DNA of 64,000 nt from an uncultured Acidobacteriota bacterium (GCA_963765835.1 CAVXYF010000002.1:32401-96400); one strand, 5' to 3'. Positions 37,644 through 47,648 are shown, counted from the stretch's first letter. Notes: generated by a model from the letters alone, not told the origin. Translations and numbers: made by a program.

Positions 37644-39059
37644 CCCCCGAAGAGGCGCTGGACGCGACCGTCGCCGAAGTCGCGCCGCTCGTCCGGTCCC
37701 GGCAGCTTTCTCCCGTCCTCCTCGCGGAGGCCTCGCTCGCCCGCCTCGAAAGCACGGGAAAGGCGTTGAACGCCGTCGCGACGGTTACGAGGGAGCGCGC
37801 GCTTCAGGAGGCGCGGAATGCCGATCGGGAGATCGCGGCCGGGCAGTATCGCGGACCCCTTCACGGGATCCCGTACGGCGCGAAAGACCTGCTCGCGACC
37901 GGGGACATTCCGACCGGCTGGGGAGCGCGCCCCCTGCGGGGTCAGACCTTTCCGGAGGACGCGACTGTCATCCGTCGCCTCCGCGAGGCCGGCGCCGTCC
38001 TCGTGGCGAAGCTCGCGATGATCGAGTCCGCGGGAGGTCTCGGCTACAACACGGCAGCCGCGTCATCGAGCGGCGCGACGAGCAATCCCTGGGACCGGGG
38101 CCGGTGGAGCTGCGGGTCGTCTTCCGGGTCGGGGGCGGCCACGGCGGCGGCTCTCGTCGGATTCTCGATCGGCTCCGAAACCTGGGGATCGATCCTCTTG
38201 TCGATCAGCATTCGATGGAGTGACCGGCCTCCGCCCGACGTACGGTCGGGTTCCCAGGACGGGGCGATGGCGCTGTCGTGGACGATGGACAAGATCGGCC
38301 CCATGGCCCGGTCAGCGGAAGATTGCCGCATCGTCCTGGAAGCGATCGGCGGGCCGGACCCCGGCGATCCCTCTTCCCTCGGTGACGGGGCGGCGCGCGA
38401 GGAGGCCAGGACGCCCGCCGACGCGAGCGGATACCGCGTGGAGTCGTGCGACCCGACTTCGGAAAGATCTATGACGCCGACGTCTCGGCGGCGTTCGAGG
38501 AGGCCGTCCGGAAGCTCTCCGGGCTCGGCGTCGCGATTTCCGACGCGAAGCTGGCGGACTTTCCGTTCGACGAAACCGCGGTCATCGTGATCGTGGTCGA
38601 AGCCGCCGCCGCCTTCGAGCCCCTGATCACGTCGGGCCGCGTGCGCGAGCTCGTCGAGCCCGCGGCGCGGTGGGCCGGAGACGCCGCGAAGAGCATCAGC
38701 GGTGTGGACTACGTGCGCGCCATGCAGGCTCGACGCCTGATCCAGCAGGCCTTCGACGAGCTGTTCCAGCGGTACGACCTCCTGATCTCTCCGACGATGC
38801 CGATCGTAGCCGCGAAGCTGACCGACAAGCTGGAGACCGCGTTCGCCTATCGCGATCCCCTGGGATCCGGCGGAAATCTGGCCGGGCTGCCGCCCTGTCC
38901 ATGCCGTGCGGCTTCTCGAAGCGCGGCCTTCCGATCGGGATTCAGGTCGTGGGTCGGCCGTGGGACGAGACCCGGATCCTGGCCCTCGGCCGCCTGTACC
39001 AGGAGAACACCGACTGGCACCGCCGGCGGCCGCCCGTAGGGGCACCGAAGCCCACCTAG
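37640..39059 (+). pseudogene. Amidase-signature family amidase (GatA-like) spread across three reading frames with at least four frameshifts
   Basis: GGSSSGSGAATAAALVGFSIGSETWGSI is in frame 1, GLRPTYGRV in another frame, ...NLAGLPP in a third, and ALSMPCGFSKRGLPIGIQVVGRPWDE in another. Each junction lies at a short G/C homopolymer, for example ctgccg(g)ccctg. Confidence 0.75.
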
Positions 39060-39210
39060 AACAGCGGAAAGAGCTTCTCGCGGTGCCGGCGGGGAAGGGG
39101 CTGGTGTGGTTCGACAGGCCTTGGGGTCTTTGGGAGGCCGGATCTTCGAAACAGACCTATCAGGAGTTGCCACAGGCCCGGTCGTTCGGAAATCCGCTCC
39201 TTTCCCGACA

Positions 39211-40833
39211 TCACTTCTTTGGGCGAAATCGGTCACGCGTATTGACGGTCTGGAGATCGACTTCCTGTCGACGAATCGCTTCCCGAAGCAGATTGAGTGC
39301 GACGACCCCATCGGCCAGCATCGCTTGGTCCTCAAAGACCGGAATAGCAGTTCGAATCTCCTTTTCCGCCTCGTGCGGAAGTCCCATTGCAAGGTAGGTC
39401 TCGGCGATCAGCATTCGGTTGACGGCCTCAAGGGCCTTCATCCCCAATCGCGCGTGCTCATCACAGCTGCTCTTGAGAAGTTCAAGGGCTTCACGGAGCA
39501 TGCCGTGAGAGCGGTACACACAGGAGATCATCGAGTGAACGTCAGCCAGACCTGTAAACTGCTTGCTCTCGCGGAGAAGATGCTCCGCTTCCCCCAACTC
39601 TTGCAGAGCCACTGCGTAGTGGCCACAAATCTGATGAAGGTCGCCTGAGTGCAAGAGTATCCATCCATAGAGGCTTGGAGGGATTTGCGATCCGCAATCC
39701 CGGATCGGTTGTAGGACTTCAAGGGCCTCTTGAAAGCGGCCGAGAAGTTTTAGAGAGGCGGCCCAAAGGATCCGACACTTAACGCGATCCTCCTCCATTC
39801 CGAAGTTTGCGAAGGACTTCTCGAGCGGCGGAGCACCAGCGGCAGCAAGTTCGTATCGACTTTGCTCGTAGAGAGACGCCAGCCGTAAGAAGGCTATCCG
39901 AGTCAGACTGGGGGACGGATTCGGATCATTCTCCAGGTGGGACTCAGCCAGGTCGCACCATCGCTTGAGGTGATCTGGCTCACTTATCTGCCGCAAAGCA
40001 CCGCCTACGACCCGAGCAGCTTCAGAAAGAAGAAACGAATGGAGGTCCTTAGGAAGTCGCCGACCGTGCAGGGACTGGTAGATGTCCTCCGCGACAACAG
40101 AGGTCTTCTTGGGATCTGCCTCACGCTGATCCTCGAGATATAGGAGGACTTGAAAGAGTCCTTCGGCATCGCTGCGCGCAACGTCCGAAAAGGCGGGGGA
40201 GCTCCCGCCCTCCGACTCAAATATCGATTCAGCGACATCCCAGGACAGAGACTTCCGAAAACTTCTCCGGTACTCAGATTCCCAACCCTGCGCCCTATAG
40301 GCTAGGCCGAGAATCCGAGCTGCTCTCCATGCGATGAAGGCAAAGGAACGCGACAGAAGACCCCTTTCCTCCATCTCGTCATCGGGCCATCTAATCGCCG
40401 CGACCACGCTGCCGATTGCCTCCGCCTCTTCGAGAACGAGCTCAGGGCAACCGGCGCAATCCTCAGACAGCCGGGTAACCAGGGCATGGAGTGCGTCTGA
40501 GGCTTCGTCCTGATTCCTCGGGTCAATCGAGACTGGCTGCCGGGTTCTTAAGTCGAACCGGATTCGATCAGCCAACGCAAATGCCTCTGCGTTAGTTTTC
40601 CCCAGAGTAACAACTCTCCCCCGACCGCACTCCAGCCACGCTGGGACCAATTGGGATATTTCGGCGTCTAAGATACTAATAGTCGCCTCCCTGGGAGTCC
40701 GCTTCGCGATACGGCTCCTCGTCCTCTTCCACGGCGGTGCTGCGAGCAGTGCCAGCCTCGGCCGGGGACCATCTTGAGACAAGCTTCGCGCGTCTAACCA
40801 CCTTGCGCTGAAAGTTGACGGATAGGTGGTCAA
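39211..40833 (-). CDS. Large TPR-like repeat protein (candidate regulatory partner or anti-sigma-like); paralogue of 41193-42314
   Basis: C-terminal helical repeats. Clear similarity to the other large ORF (GGA.RQI, LNP.P.L, RY, LE.SF, VKCR.L blocks). The 5' ~150 bp overlap the upstream small ORF, so the true start is probably internal. Confidence 0.55.
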   Translation of the reverse strand: MTTYPSTFSARWLDARSLSQDGPRPRLALLAAPPWKRTRSRIAKRTPREATISILDAEISQLVPAWLECGRGRVVTLGKTNAEAFALADRIRFDLRTRQPVSIDPRNQDEASDALHALVTRLSEDCAGCPELVLEEAEAIGSVVAAIRWPDDEMEERGLLSRSFAFIAWRAARILGLAYRAQGWESEYRRSFRKSLSWDVAESIFESEGGSSPAFSDVARSDAEGLFQVLLYLEDQREADPKKTSVVAEDIYQSLHGRRLPKDLHSFLLSEAARVVGGALRQISEPDHLKRWCDLAESHLENDPNPSPSLTRIAFLRLASLYEQSRYELAAAGAPPLEKSFANFGMEEDRVKCRILWAASLKLLGRFQEALEVLQPIRDCGSQIPPSLYGWILLHSGDLHQICGHYAVALQELGEAEHLLRESKQFTGLADVHSMISCVYRSHGMLREALELLKSSCDEHARLGMKALEAVNRMLIAETYLAMGLPHEAEKEIRTAIPVFEDQAMLADGVVALNLLREAIRRQEVDLQTVNTRDRFRPKK

Positions 40834-41071
40834 CCACCTGGATCAGCCAGGCCTTCGGGTTTCGTCGGGGGTCGAGCTTAACGAGTGCAACCAGAAATGC
40901 CTCTTGCACAACGTCTCGCGCGTCCTCTTTCTCCAATCGATGCTTCCATGTTGCTCTACGAACGAGGGGCAAAAAGTATCGACGGTAGAATTCGTCGAGC
41001 TGCGACGGGTCAGGTCCAGTTGGACTGCCGCCAGGCGGCTCCGAAGCGAGTCCCTCGGTCTTTCGGTTCAC
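40676..41071 (-). CDS. Sigma-70 region-2-only protein (ECF-sigma-like N-terminal domain; no region 4 recognised)
   Basis: DEFYRRYFLPLVRRATWKHRLEKEDARDVVQEAFLVALVKLDPRRNPKAWLIQVVDHLSVNFQRK fits the ECF region-2 pattern, followed by an acidic tail. Confidence 0.5.
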   Translation of the reverse strand: MNRKTEGLASEPPGGSPTGPDPSQLDEFYRRYFLPLVRRATWKHRLEKEDARDVVQEAFLVALVKLDPRRNPKAWLIQVVDHLSVNFQRKVVRRAKLVSRWSPAEAGTARSTAVEEDEEPYREADSQGGDY

Positions 41072-41192
41072 AAACCGCTGCCTCCACCGCTGGCCGTACC
41101 GGTTTCTACTATCTTTATCTTGTCGCGATGGTGCTGCGGAGGGGAGGCGAGCGGCTGGTTCAGCCGGGACGAAAAGACTACTTACCGATAAG

Positions 41193-42314
41193 TCATTTGT
41201 CCGCTTCGAGATGAGATTTGATCTGCTGGAGAGCGGCGGCGTCTGTCGCCCGGCGACGGGCCGAGTCCCTAAGCAGGGCCACTGCAGCCAGAGCCTCGGG
41301 TGCCATCTTCATCTCCTCGATCGAGGGTAGCGCGGCGAGGATCTCCCACTCTGCTTCCCTGTCTCTCCCGAGCGAGATCAGCGTCTCCGCAATTACCAGG
41401 TGCAGATAGGTGACCTGAGATCTCATGTCTAGGGCCAAGTAGGTCCGCTGCGAGGCTCGAAATGCCTCGCAGGCCTCTTCAAAGCGTCCCTGCGCCTGAA
41501 GGACGCCGCCAACGAAAAGCTGGAGATCGGCCCGGACCGGGGACGCGGTCTCGTGGTCAAGGAGAGCGACTGCCCCTTCGAACGCCTTCATCGCGAGGTC
41601 AAGACGTCCTTCAAACTGGTGAAGGTCTCCGATCTCGGAGAGAATCCGGGCCCGGAGAAAGCGATCGCCCGCTAGAAAGGGTTTTTCGTGCAATCCCTCG
41701 AGAAGGCCGAGCGCTCTCGCGGTGTCGCCAGTCTGCTTTAGCGTCATTCCAAGAAGGAGCCGGCACTTCACCGCTTCCACATCCATTTTCAACTTCGTGA
41801 AACTTGCTTCCAGAGACGGCGTCAGCTCAAGCACGTCCTGATAGCGGCCCATTTCAAATCGAGTGGCAATTCGCGCATACGCCACGTTGGCAAGGCCGGG
41901 CGCCGGATTCAGAGTGTGCCGGAAACCGGCCTCTGCCCTATCTAGCCAAAGAAAAGCCTGCTCTCGATTTCCGATTTGCCGGCAAGCTCCGCCTGCGATA
42001 AGAGCCATCTCGCCGAGAAAGTAATCGCGCTCGTCGAAAAGCCCAAGCTTCGAGTTAGGCCTGGAGATCCACTGGTAGATCTCGTTGGAATCTTCAAGAA
42101 CAGTGGTTGGTGTGAGATCCCGTGTCGCGCGCAGAATTGACGTTATCGACATCAGAACGTCCGGGCTGCTAAGGAAACGCTCCCGATCAGAGTCAGTTCT
42201 CCGGCTACGCGAAATCCCGAGAAACGCGCGCCCAGCCACCTCAGCGTCCTTTGGTGAAAGCCAGGAGACTTCCCCTCGAGAGGGGAAGGCGAGAATCTTG
42301 GCGCTAAGAGTCAT
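41193..42314 (-). CDS. TPR-like repeat protein; paralogue of 39211-40833
   Basis: 373 aa with the same domain architecture and alignable blocks. Confidence 0.55.
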   Translation of the reverse strand: MTLSAKILAFPSRGEVSWLSPKDAEVAGRAFLGISRSRRTDSDRERFLSSPDVLMSITSILRATRDLTPTTVLEDSNEIYQWISRPNSKLGLFDERDYFLGEMALIAGGACRQIGNREQAFLWLDRAEAGFRHTLNPAPGLANVAYARIATRFEMGRYQDVLELTPSLEASFTKLKMDVEAVKCRLLLGMTLKQTGDTARALGLLEGLHEKPFLAGDRFLRARILSEIGDLHQFEGRLDLAMKAFEGAVALLDHETASPVRADLQLFVGGVLQAQGRFEEACEAFRASQRTYLALDMRSQVTYLHLVIAETLISLGRDREAEWEILAALPSIEEMKMAPEALAAVALLRDSARRRATDAAALQQIKSHLEADK

Positions 42315-42771
42315 GCGGAGTGCGGAAGCTCAGAAGTTGAAGGCTTTGCGAGAAGTCACGGGCCACGTCGAGAGGTTCGCGGTCGAGAAGGCGGCGGAGC
42401 TTTTCATCGGAGGTCCGCACTCCACTTCCGAGGAGGTATTTCTGGTACTCCCGGGCAAATTGACAGCACGCGACAAGTAGAAAGGGACGAGCTTCACGCG
42501 CTGACGAATTACCCGGGCGGTAGCAGAACCGCAAGAACCAGACGTAAAGGTCTTTCTCGAGTTCCAGAGCCTCGGATTCGGCGAGTTGATAGTGAGTGAC
42601 CAAGGCAATGTGGATGAGTCCCAAGGTGTCCTGGAAGACGGTGCGAACTTCTCGCTCGAAGGCATCCCCTCCAGGTGCGGGGGCCACGGGATCGTCCGCT
42701 GCGTCCATTGTCACTATCTCCATGTTCTTGGGAGTCGCAGGAAGAGTAACCGGGCGTTTTAGAAAAAGCAA
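42304..42771 (-). CDS. Small protein weakly resembling sigma-70 region 2; partner of the TPR-like gene (the second copy of the two-gene module)
   Basis: ESEALELEKDLYVWFLRFCYRP...FLLVACCQFAREYQK aligns loosely to the region-2 segment of the 40676-41071 product. 11-bp overlap with the downstream gene. Confidence 0.35.
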   Translation of the reverse strand: MLFLKRPVTLPATPKNMEIVTMDAADDPVAPAPGGDAFEREVRTVFQDTLGLIHIALVTHYQLAESEALELEKDLYVWFLRFCYRPGNSSAREARPFLLVACCQFAREYQKYLLGSGVRTSDEKLRRLLDREPLDVARDFSQSLQLLSFRTPHDS

Positions 42772-43188
42772 TCCCTCCTCCCAGAACTGCTGTCTGGAAG
42801 AAGGCGTGCGCTTTCAGTCGGTTAAGAGAGGGGTTGGTTAACCGGGGACTGAGCCTCTGAAGGCGATCAAGTTTCCTCCTTTCCAAGAAACAGCTCCGAA
42901 CCCACCGCCCGGAGCTAAATCAAAAACGGCAAGCCGCGGATCGCTGTCTGGATTCGGCTTCGCGCGAAAACGCCCGTGTTTACGGGCCTTCTCGAGTCAC
43001 GCGGGTCGGACCCAGGAAGCTACCGAGTGCTTGGGGTTCCCACCAAAAAGAGAGGGTGTCCCACCGAATTGAAAATGAATCGAGAGCATTCCACCACGAT
43101 TCGCAATCACGATGTCAAATAATTCTTACAACCTTGCCCAATTCTACGACGAAAGTCGTACTTTTGGTGTGCAGGATCACAAGTTGGC

Positions 43189-43216
43189 GAAAAAAACCGC
43201 TCGGTAGCGGCCGAGC
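43189..43216 (-). terminator. Rho-independent terminator for dacB (minus strand)
   Basis: Minus strand reads CGCTCGGCCGCTACCGAGCGG followed by TTTTTTT, immediately after the dacB stop. Confidence 0.6.
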
Positions 43217-43225
43217 GCGCGCGAG

Positions 43226-44683
43226 CTATCCGTTGAGGATGAGCGCGCGGAGCAATCGATCCTGGAAGGCCTGCCCTCCCCCGTCGGTGACGCCGTTCAG
43301 GAGAATCGCGAAGACGTAGTTCCTACCGGAGCGCGCCCGCGCATAACCCGCGAGGGTAGACACGCGCTCGATGCTGCCGGTCTTCGCAAGAACCTGACCT
43401 CTCGTCAGGGGATCCTTCATTCGATGGCGCAGGGTTCCCTCCGGTTCGCCCGACACCGCGAGAGTCGTTCTCCATAGGGACCCGTAAGGCTGTCGATCCA
43501 TCGCGCGCAGGAACTTCACGATGTCCGCGGCCGGCACGCGATTTCCCGACGAGAGGCCGGATCCATCGCGGAGCGAAAAGTGCGCGGGGTCGAGACCCAG
43601 GGTCGCGAGAAACTCCTTGGCCAGCGCGACGGAGCCCGACCAGCTGCCGACACCCGTCTTCTCGGCCGACACAGTCTTGAAGATCTGCTCGGCGTAGAAG
43701 CCCTGGCTGCGCTTGTTGCACACGTCGATCGTCGGAAGGAGATCCGACTCGGTCGCCGCGACCTGAACCCAGAATGAGTCGGGCTGGACAGGTCTCACGA
43801 CGACCGGCCCGCTGACGGTAATCCCGGCGTTCTGCAGGCGCTTCTTCAGCGCCAGTCCGAAATAGGTCGGCGGGTCGTCGATGGTGATCGGAGTGGACCA
43901 GGAAGCTGGCCGGAGCGGAACGGTCCCGGATACGGTGACGGCGTTCGAACCGGCTGATCGCGACACGGCAACGCGGACCCGGCCCTTGCGGCCGACGGTT
44001 CGCGCCAGCGGGACCGGGCGGAGGATGCCCACCGGAGGCTCGATCGACACGCCGACCGGACGTCCCGGGCGACCTCCCGGCCGGATCGATACGAGAACCA
44101 CGTTGTCGTTGTAGGAGAGCGCCGAGATCGGCGCCTGGTACCAGCGGGACTCCTGCCCCGCCGGCCAGTCGGGGTGCCTCCCGACCGAGTCGAAAAACGC
44201 CGCATTCATCACGATCTCGCCCACGACCCGGGTGATCCCGGCTTGCTGCAGGCCCTCCGCCCACTTGTCGAAAACGGCGTTGATGTCGTCGTCGTAGAAG
44301 CGCCCGGAGATGTTGGGATCTCCCCCGCCGACCACCAGGAGCGATCCCATCAGGCTCCCCTGCCGCACTTCGCCCCGTCGCCAGAAACTGGTTCGGAAGC
44401 GGTACTCGGGTCCCAGGTAGTGGAGGGCGGTGGCCGTCGAGATCAGCTTGGTGACCGAAGCGATCGTCGCGGGCGCGTCCGGATTACGGGCAAAAACGAC
44501 TTCGCCGGTCTCCTCGTCCGAAATCTGAATCGAGACCCCGCCCGGATAGCCCGGGACCCGGCGCCCGACCTCGTCGAGGGCGAGGCGAAGCGCATTTCCG
44601 TCCGCAGCCGGAAGGGGCGAGGCGACGAGGATCGAAAGGAGAACCGCTCCGAGCCACCGGAGCGAAGAGGAGGACCGTGACAC
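43226..44683 (-). CDS. dacB: D-alanyl-D-alanine carboxypeptidase / endopeptidase (PBP4 family)
   Basis: Signal peptide, the active-site SVTKL (SxxK), and PBP4-family length and motifs. Confidence 0.8.
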   Translation of the reverse strand: MSRSSSSLRWLGAVLLSILVASPLPAADGNALRLALDEVGRRVPGYPGGVSIQISDEETGEVVFARNPDAPATIASVTKLISTATALHYLGPEYRFRTSFWRRGEVRQGSLMGSLLVVGGGDPNISGRFYDDDINAVFDKWAEGLQQAGITRVVGEIVMNAAFFDSVGRHPDWPAGQESRWYQAPISALSYNDNVVLVSIRPGGRPGRPVGVSIEPPVGILRPVPLARTVGRKGRVRVAVSRSAGSNAVTVSGTVPLRPASWSTPITIDDPPTYFGLALKKRLQNAGITVSGPVVVRPVQPDSFWVQVAATESDLLPTIDVCNKRSQGFYAEQIFKTVSAEKTGVGSWSGSVALAKEFLATLGLDPAHFSLRDGSGLSSGNRVPAADIVKFLRAMDRQPYGSLWRTTLAVSGEPEGTLRHRMKDPLTRGQVLAKTGSIERVSTLAGYARARSGRNYVFAILLNGVTDGGGQAFQDRLLRALILNG

Positions 44684-47151
44684 TCAGAAATTATAATGGG
44701 CACGATGCCATTTGTCCCGCGATTCCTCCGGCGAACCTCATCACATTGAAATTCGACGACGGGAGCAAGACCTTCGAGCTCTCGGTGCGGGACCTCGCGG
44801 AGGACGGCGGATTTCGCCGGGTCGGTTTCGATCGCGGCGACGGGTGGCGTCGGCTCGGGATCGGCACGGAAGTTCACTCGCGCGTCCTCGCCTCGCGCCG
44901 GGAGGCGCACGAGTCCTATCGGTGCGAAGTCCACCTGCAGGCGCGCATCCCGGTCGAAGAGTGGACGGCCGTTCTCACCGGGAGGCTGGACGGGTGCGTC
45001 GAACGCACCGGCGGTTCCTGGCTGATCGAGGAGTTCAAGTCAGCTCACCTTTCCGTGGACGGGCTCCGGTTCTCGAGTCACGCGATCGAGAGGGACCGTC
45101 GCCAGCTGCTCGGCTACTGCTACCTGTGGCGCCGGCTCGGCCACCTGAAGGTCTCCGGTGCTCTCGTGTACGTCGACATCGCGACGGGCGAGGAGATCTC
45201 GCTGGCGGTCGCGTACGACGAGGAGAAGTTCGACCGCGACGTGGAGGGCCGGCTTCGGAAGGTGCTCCACGGCTGGAAGGCGCAGGCCGCCGAGCGGGCG
45301 AGGAAGGCTCTCGCCGCGAAGAGTCTTCCGTTTCCTCACGCTGCTCCCCGAGAGATTCAGAACCGGATCATCGAGGCGGTCGACCAGGCGGTGCGGGGCC
45401 ACGAAGTTCTCCTCGCGGAGGCTCCGACCGGCTCCGGCAAGACCGCGGCCGCCCTCCATCCGGCGCTGACTGCCGGCCTGGAAACCGGGCGGCAGGTCGT
45501 TTTTCTGACGTCCAAGACGCTGCAGCAGAAGATGGCGGTCTCGGCGCTCACGGCCATGAACGAGCGGTCGTTTCACACGCTCCAGGTCCGGGCCAAGGAA
45601 CGGATGTGCGCGAACGACCGGATTCTCTGCCACGAGGAGTTCTGCCGGTTCGCCCGCGACTACCCCGAGAAGATGGCGCGCTCCAACATCCTCGGGCGAC
45701 TGCAGCAGCGCTACTCGCACCACGACCCCGACACCGTCTTCGAGGAGGCCCGGCGCGAGGAGGTCTGTCCGTTCGAGGTCCAGCTGGAGCTCGCCCAGCG
45801 GGCCGACGCGATCGTCGCCGACTACAACTACGTCTTCGAGCCGGGAGTGGCGATGAAGCACCTCTCGGGCGACGACCTCAAGGAGGCGATCCTCATCGTC
45901 GACGAGGCACACAACCTGCCGGACCGGGCGCGGCAGATCTTCTCCCCCGCGCTGCTGGAGGAGGACGTCCTCGTTCTTCACAACCGTCTCGCCCTTCAAT
46001 CGGGGGAACTCTTCGCGGATCTGACCGCGAGCGTCGAGGATCTCCAGGCCCTGCTGGCGGAGTGCGCCGGCGAGCTTCCCGAGGGGGATGCGATCGCGGA
46101 GATCGAGCCCCCGGCCGAGCGGATCCACGAGTGGCGGGCGGAGTGGGAGCCCCGCCTGCTGCGCTACCTCGACTGGAAGAGGGAGTCGAAGCTCGCGTTG
46201 CCCGACGACCCCGTTTTGGACCTTCACTTCGCCCTGATGCGGTTCGCCGCGGTCCTGAACCTCTACGGCCCGGACTTCTCGTGCGTGGTCGAACGCCGCG
46301 CCCTGGGCGTGCGCCTGGCGCTCGTCTGCCTCGACCCCGCGCGCGCCATCGGACCCGTCTTCCGGGCCGCCTCCTCGGCGGTCCTGATGTCCGCGACTCT
46401 CACGCCGCACGCCGCGATTCAGCGGCTCCTGGGCCTGCCGGCGGACCGCACCTCATCGGTTTCGCTTCCGCCCCCCTTCCCGCGCGAGAACCGCAAGGTG
46501 TTGATCGTCCCGGAAGTCCGCACGACCTTCGCCACGCGGGACAGGAACTACGGACGCATCGCGGCGCTCCTCGGATCGATGTCCGACGCCCACTCGGGCA
46601 ATGACCTCGTCCTCTTTCCGTCCTACCGATTCCTCGCCGAAGTCGCGCAGGTGATGCCGCCGACGCGCGCCCGCCTCCTCCTGCAGCGCGCCGACTTCTC
46701 GGAGTTCGAGCGGCACCGCGTCCTCGAGGCGCTCACTGCACCGCCGCCCGAGGGCATCCTCCTGTTCGCGGTCTCCGGCGGAATGTATGCCGAGGGCGTG
46801 GACTACCCGGGTGAGGTCATCTCCGGCGTGTTCGTGGTCTCCCCCGCTCTCCCGCAGGTCTCGTTCGAGCGGGAGCTTCTGCGCCGTTACTTCGAGGACC
46901 AGGAGGAGGCCGGCTTCGACTATGCCTATCTCCAGCCCGGAATGACGCGGGTCGTGCAGGCCGCCGGGAGGCTGATCCGGAGCGAGACCGATCGGGGCGT
47001 GATCGCGCTCCTCTGCCGACGTTTTCTCGAAGAGCCCTACGCGAGTCGCCTTCCCCGCGACTGGTACGCGGAGAGTCCGAACGAGCTCGCGTCGCGCCGT
47101 CCCGCCGAGGACATCCGGGCGTTCTTCGATGACGAGGGCCGCCGGCCGTGA
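44677..47151 (+). CDS. Fusion protein: N-terminal RecB-family (PD-(D/E)xK, Cas4-like) nuclease domain plus an XPD/DinG-family Fe-S superfamily-2 helicase
   Basis: Nuclease motifs IGTEVHSRV, RLDGCVE, WLIEEFKS and QLLGYCYLW (the QxxxY motif). Helicase Walker A EAPTGSGKT, DEAH box LIVDEAHNL, and an Fe-S domain with four Cys (CANDRILCHEEFCRF...VCPFE). Confidence 0.8.
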   Translation: MTLRNYNGHDAICPAIPPANLITLKFDDGSKTFELSVRDLAEDGGFRRVGFDRGDGWRRLGIGTEVHSRVLASRREAHESYRCEVHLQARIPVEEWTAVLTGRLDGCVERTGGSWLIEEFKSAHLSVDGLRFSSHAIERDRRQLLGYCYLWRRLGHLKVSGALVYVDIATGEEISLAVAYDEEKFDRDVEGRLRKVLHGWKAQAAERARKALAAKSLPFPHAAPREIQNRIIEAVDQAVRGHEVLLAEAPTGSGKTAAALHPALTAGLETGRQVVFLTSKTLQQKMAVSALTAMNERSFHTLQVRAKERMCANDRILCHEEFCRFARDYPEKMARSNILGRLQQRYSHHDPDTVFEEARREEVCPFEVQLELAQRADAIVADYNYVFEPGVAMKHLSGDDLKEAILIVDEAHNLPDRARQIFSPALLEEDVLVLHNRLALQSGELFADLTASVEDLQALLAECAGELPEGDAIAEIEPPAERIHEWRAEWEPRLLRYLDWKRESKLALPDDPVLDLHFALMRFAAVLNLYGPDFSCVVERRALGVRLALVCLDPARAIGPVFRAASSAVLMSATLTPHAAIQRLLGLPADRTSSVSLPPPFPRENRKVLIVPEVRTTFATRDRNYGRIAALLGSMSDAHSGNDLVLFPSYRFLAEVAQVMPPTRARLLLQRADFSEFERHRVLEALTAPPPEGILLFAVSGGMYAEGVDYPGEVISGVFVVSPALPQVSFERELLRRYFEDQEEAGFDYAYLQPGMTRVVQAAGRLIRSETDRGVIALLCRRFLEEPYASRLPRDWYAESPNELASRRPAEDIRAFFDDEGRRP

Positions 47152-47648
47152 CCCGGCGCGGCGCGCCCCGCGGCCCGAAGCTCACGGTCGACGCATGGGC
47201 GCGCGATCGCCGCGGCCGCATTCTGCTGGTTCGCCGGGGACATCCGCCATTCCGGGGAAAGTGGGCTCTTCCCGGCGGCTTCGTCGAGGTTGGCGAGACC
47301 ACCGACAGGTCGTGCGCGCGCGAAGTCCGCGAGGAAACGGGCGTCAGGGTTCGAGTCGGGGGCGTCCGGGGCGTCTACTCGGATCCGAAGCGCGATCCGC
47401 GCGGACACACGGTCACCGTCCTCTACGACGCGGTGGCCATATCTGGAACGGCGCGCGGCGGCGATGACGCTGCAGAGGCGCGATGGTTCTCGCGCCGCGA
47501 CCTCGTGAAGCTCGATTTCGCCTTCGACCACGCCCGGATCGTCCGGGAGCAACTCGCGCGACGGAACCCACCCGGGGTCAGCCCGCGACGGGCTCCACCG
47601 AAGGCGCGGCATCCTCGGCTCGCGCGGCGCGGCGGCGCTCGAGGATGA
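47148..47648 (+). CDS. NUDIX hydrolase
   Basis: Nudix box GGFVEVGETTDRSCAREVREETGV. ATGA overlap with the helicase stop. Confidence 0.75.
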   Translation: MTRRGAPRGPKLTVDAWARDRRGRILLVRRGHPPFRGKWALPGGFVEVGETTDRSCAREVREETGVRVRVGGVRGVYSDPKRDPRGHTVTVLYDAVAISGTARGGDDAAEARWFSRRDLVKLDFAFDHARIVREQLARRNPPGVSPRRAPPKARHPRLARRGGARG

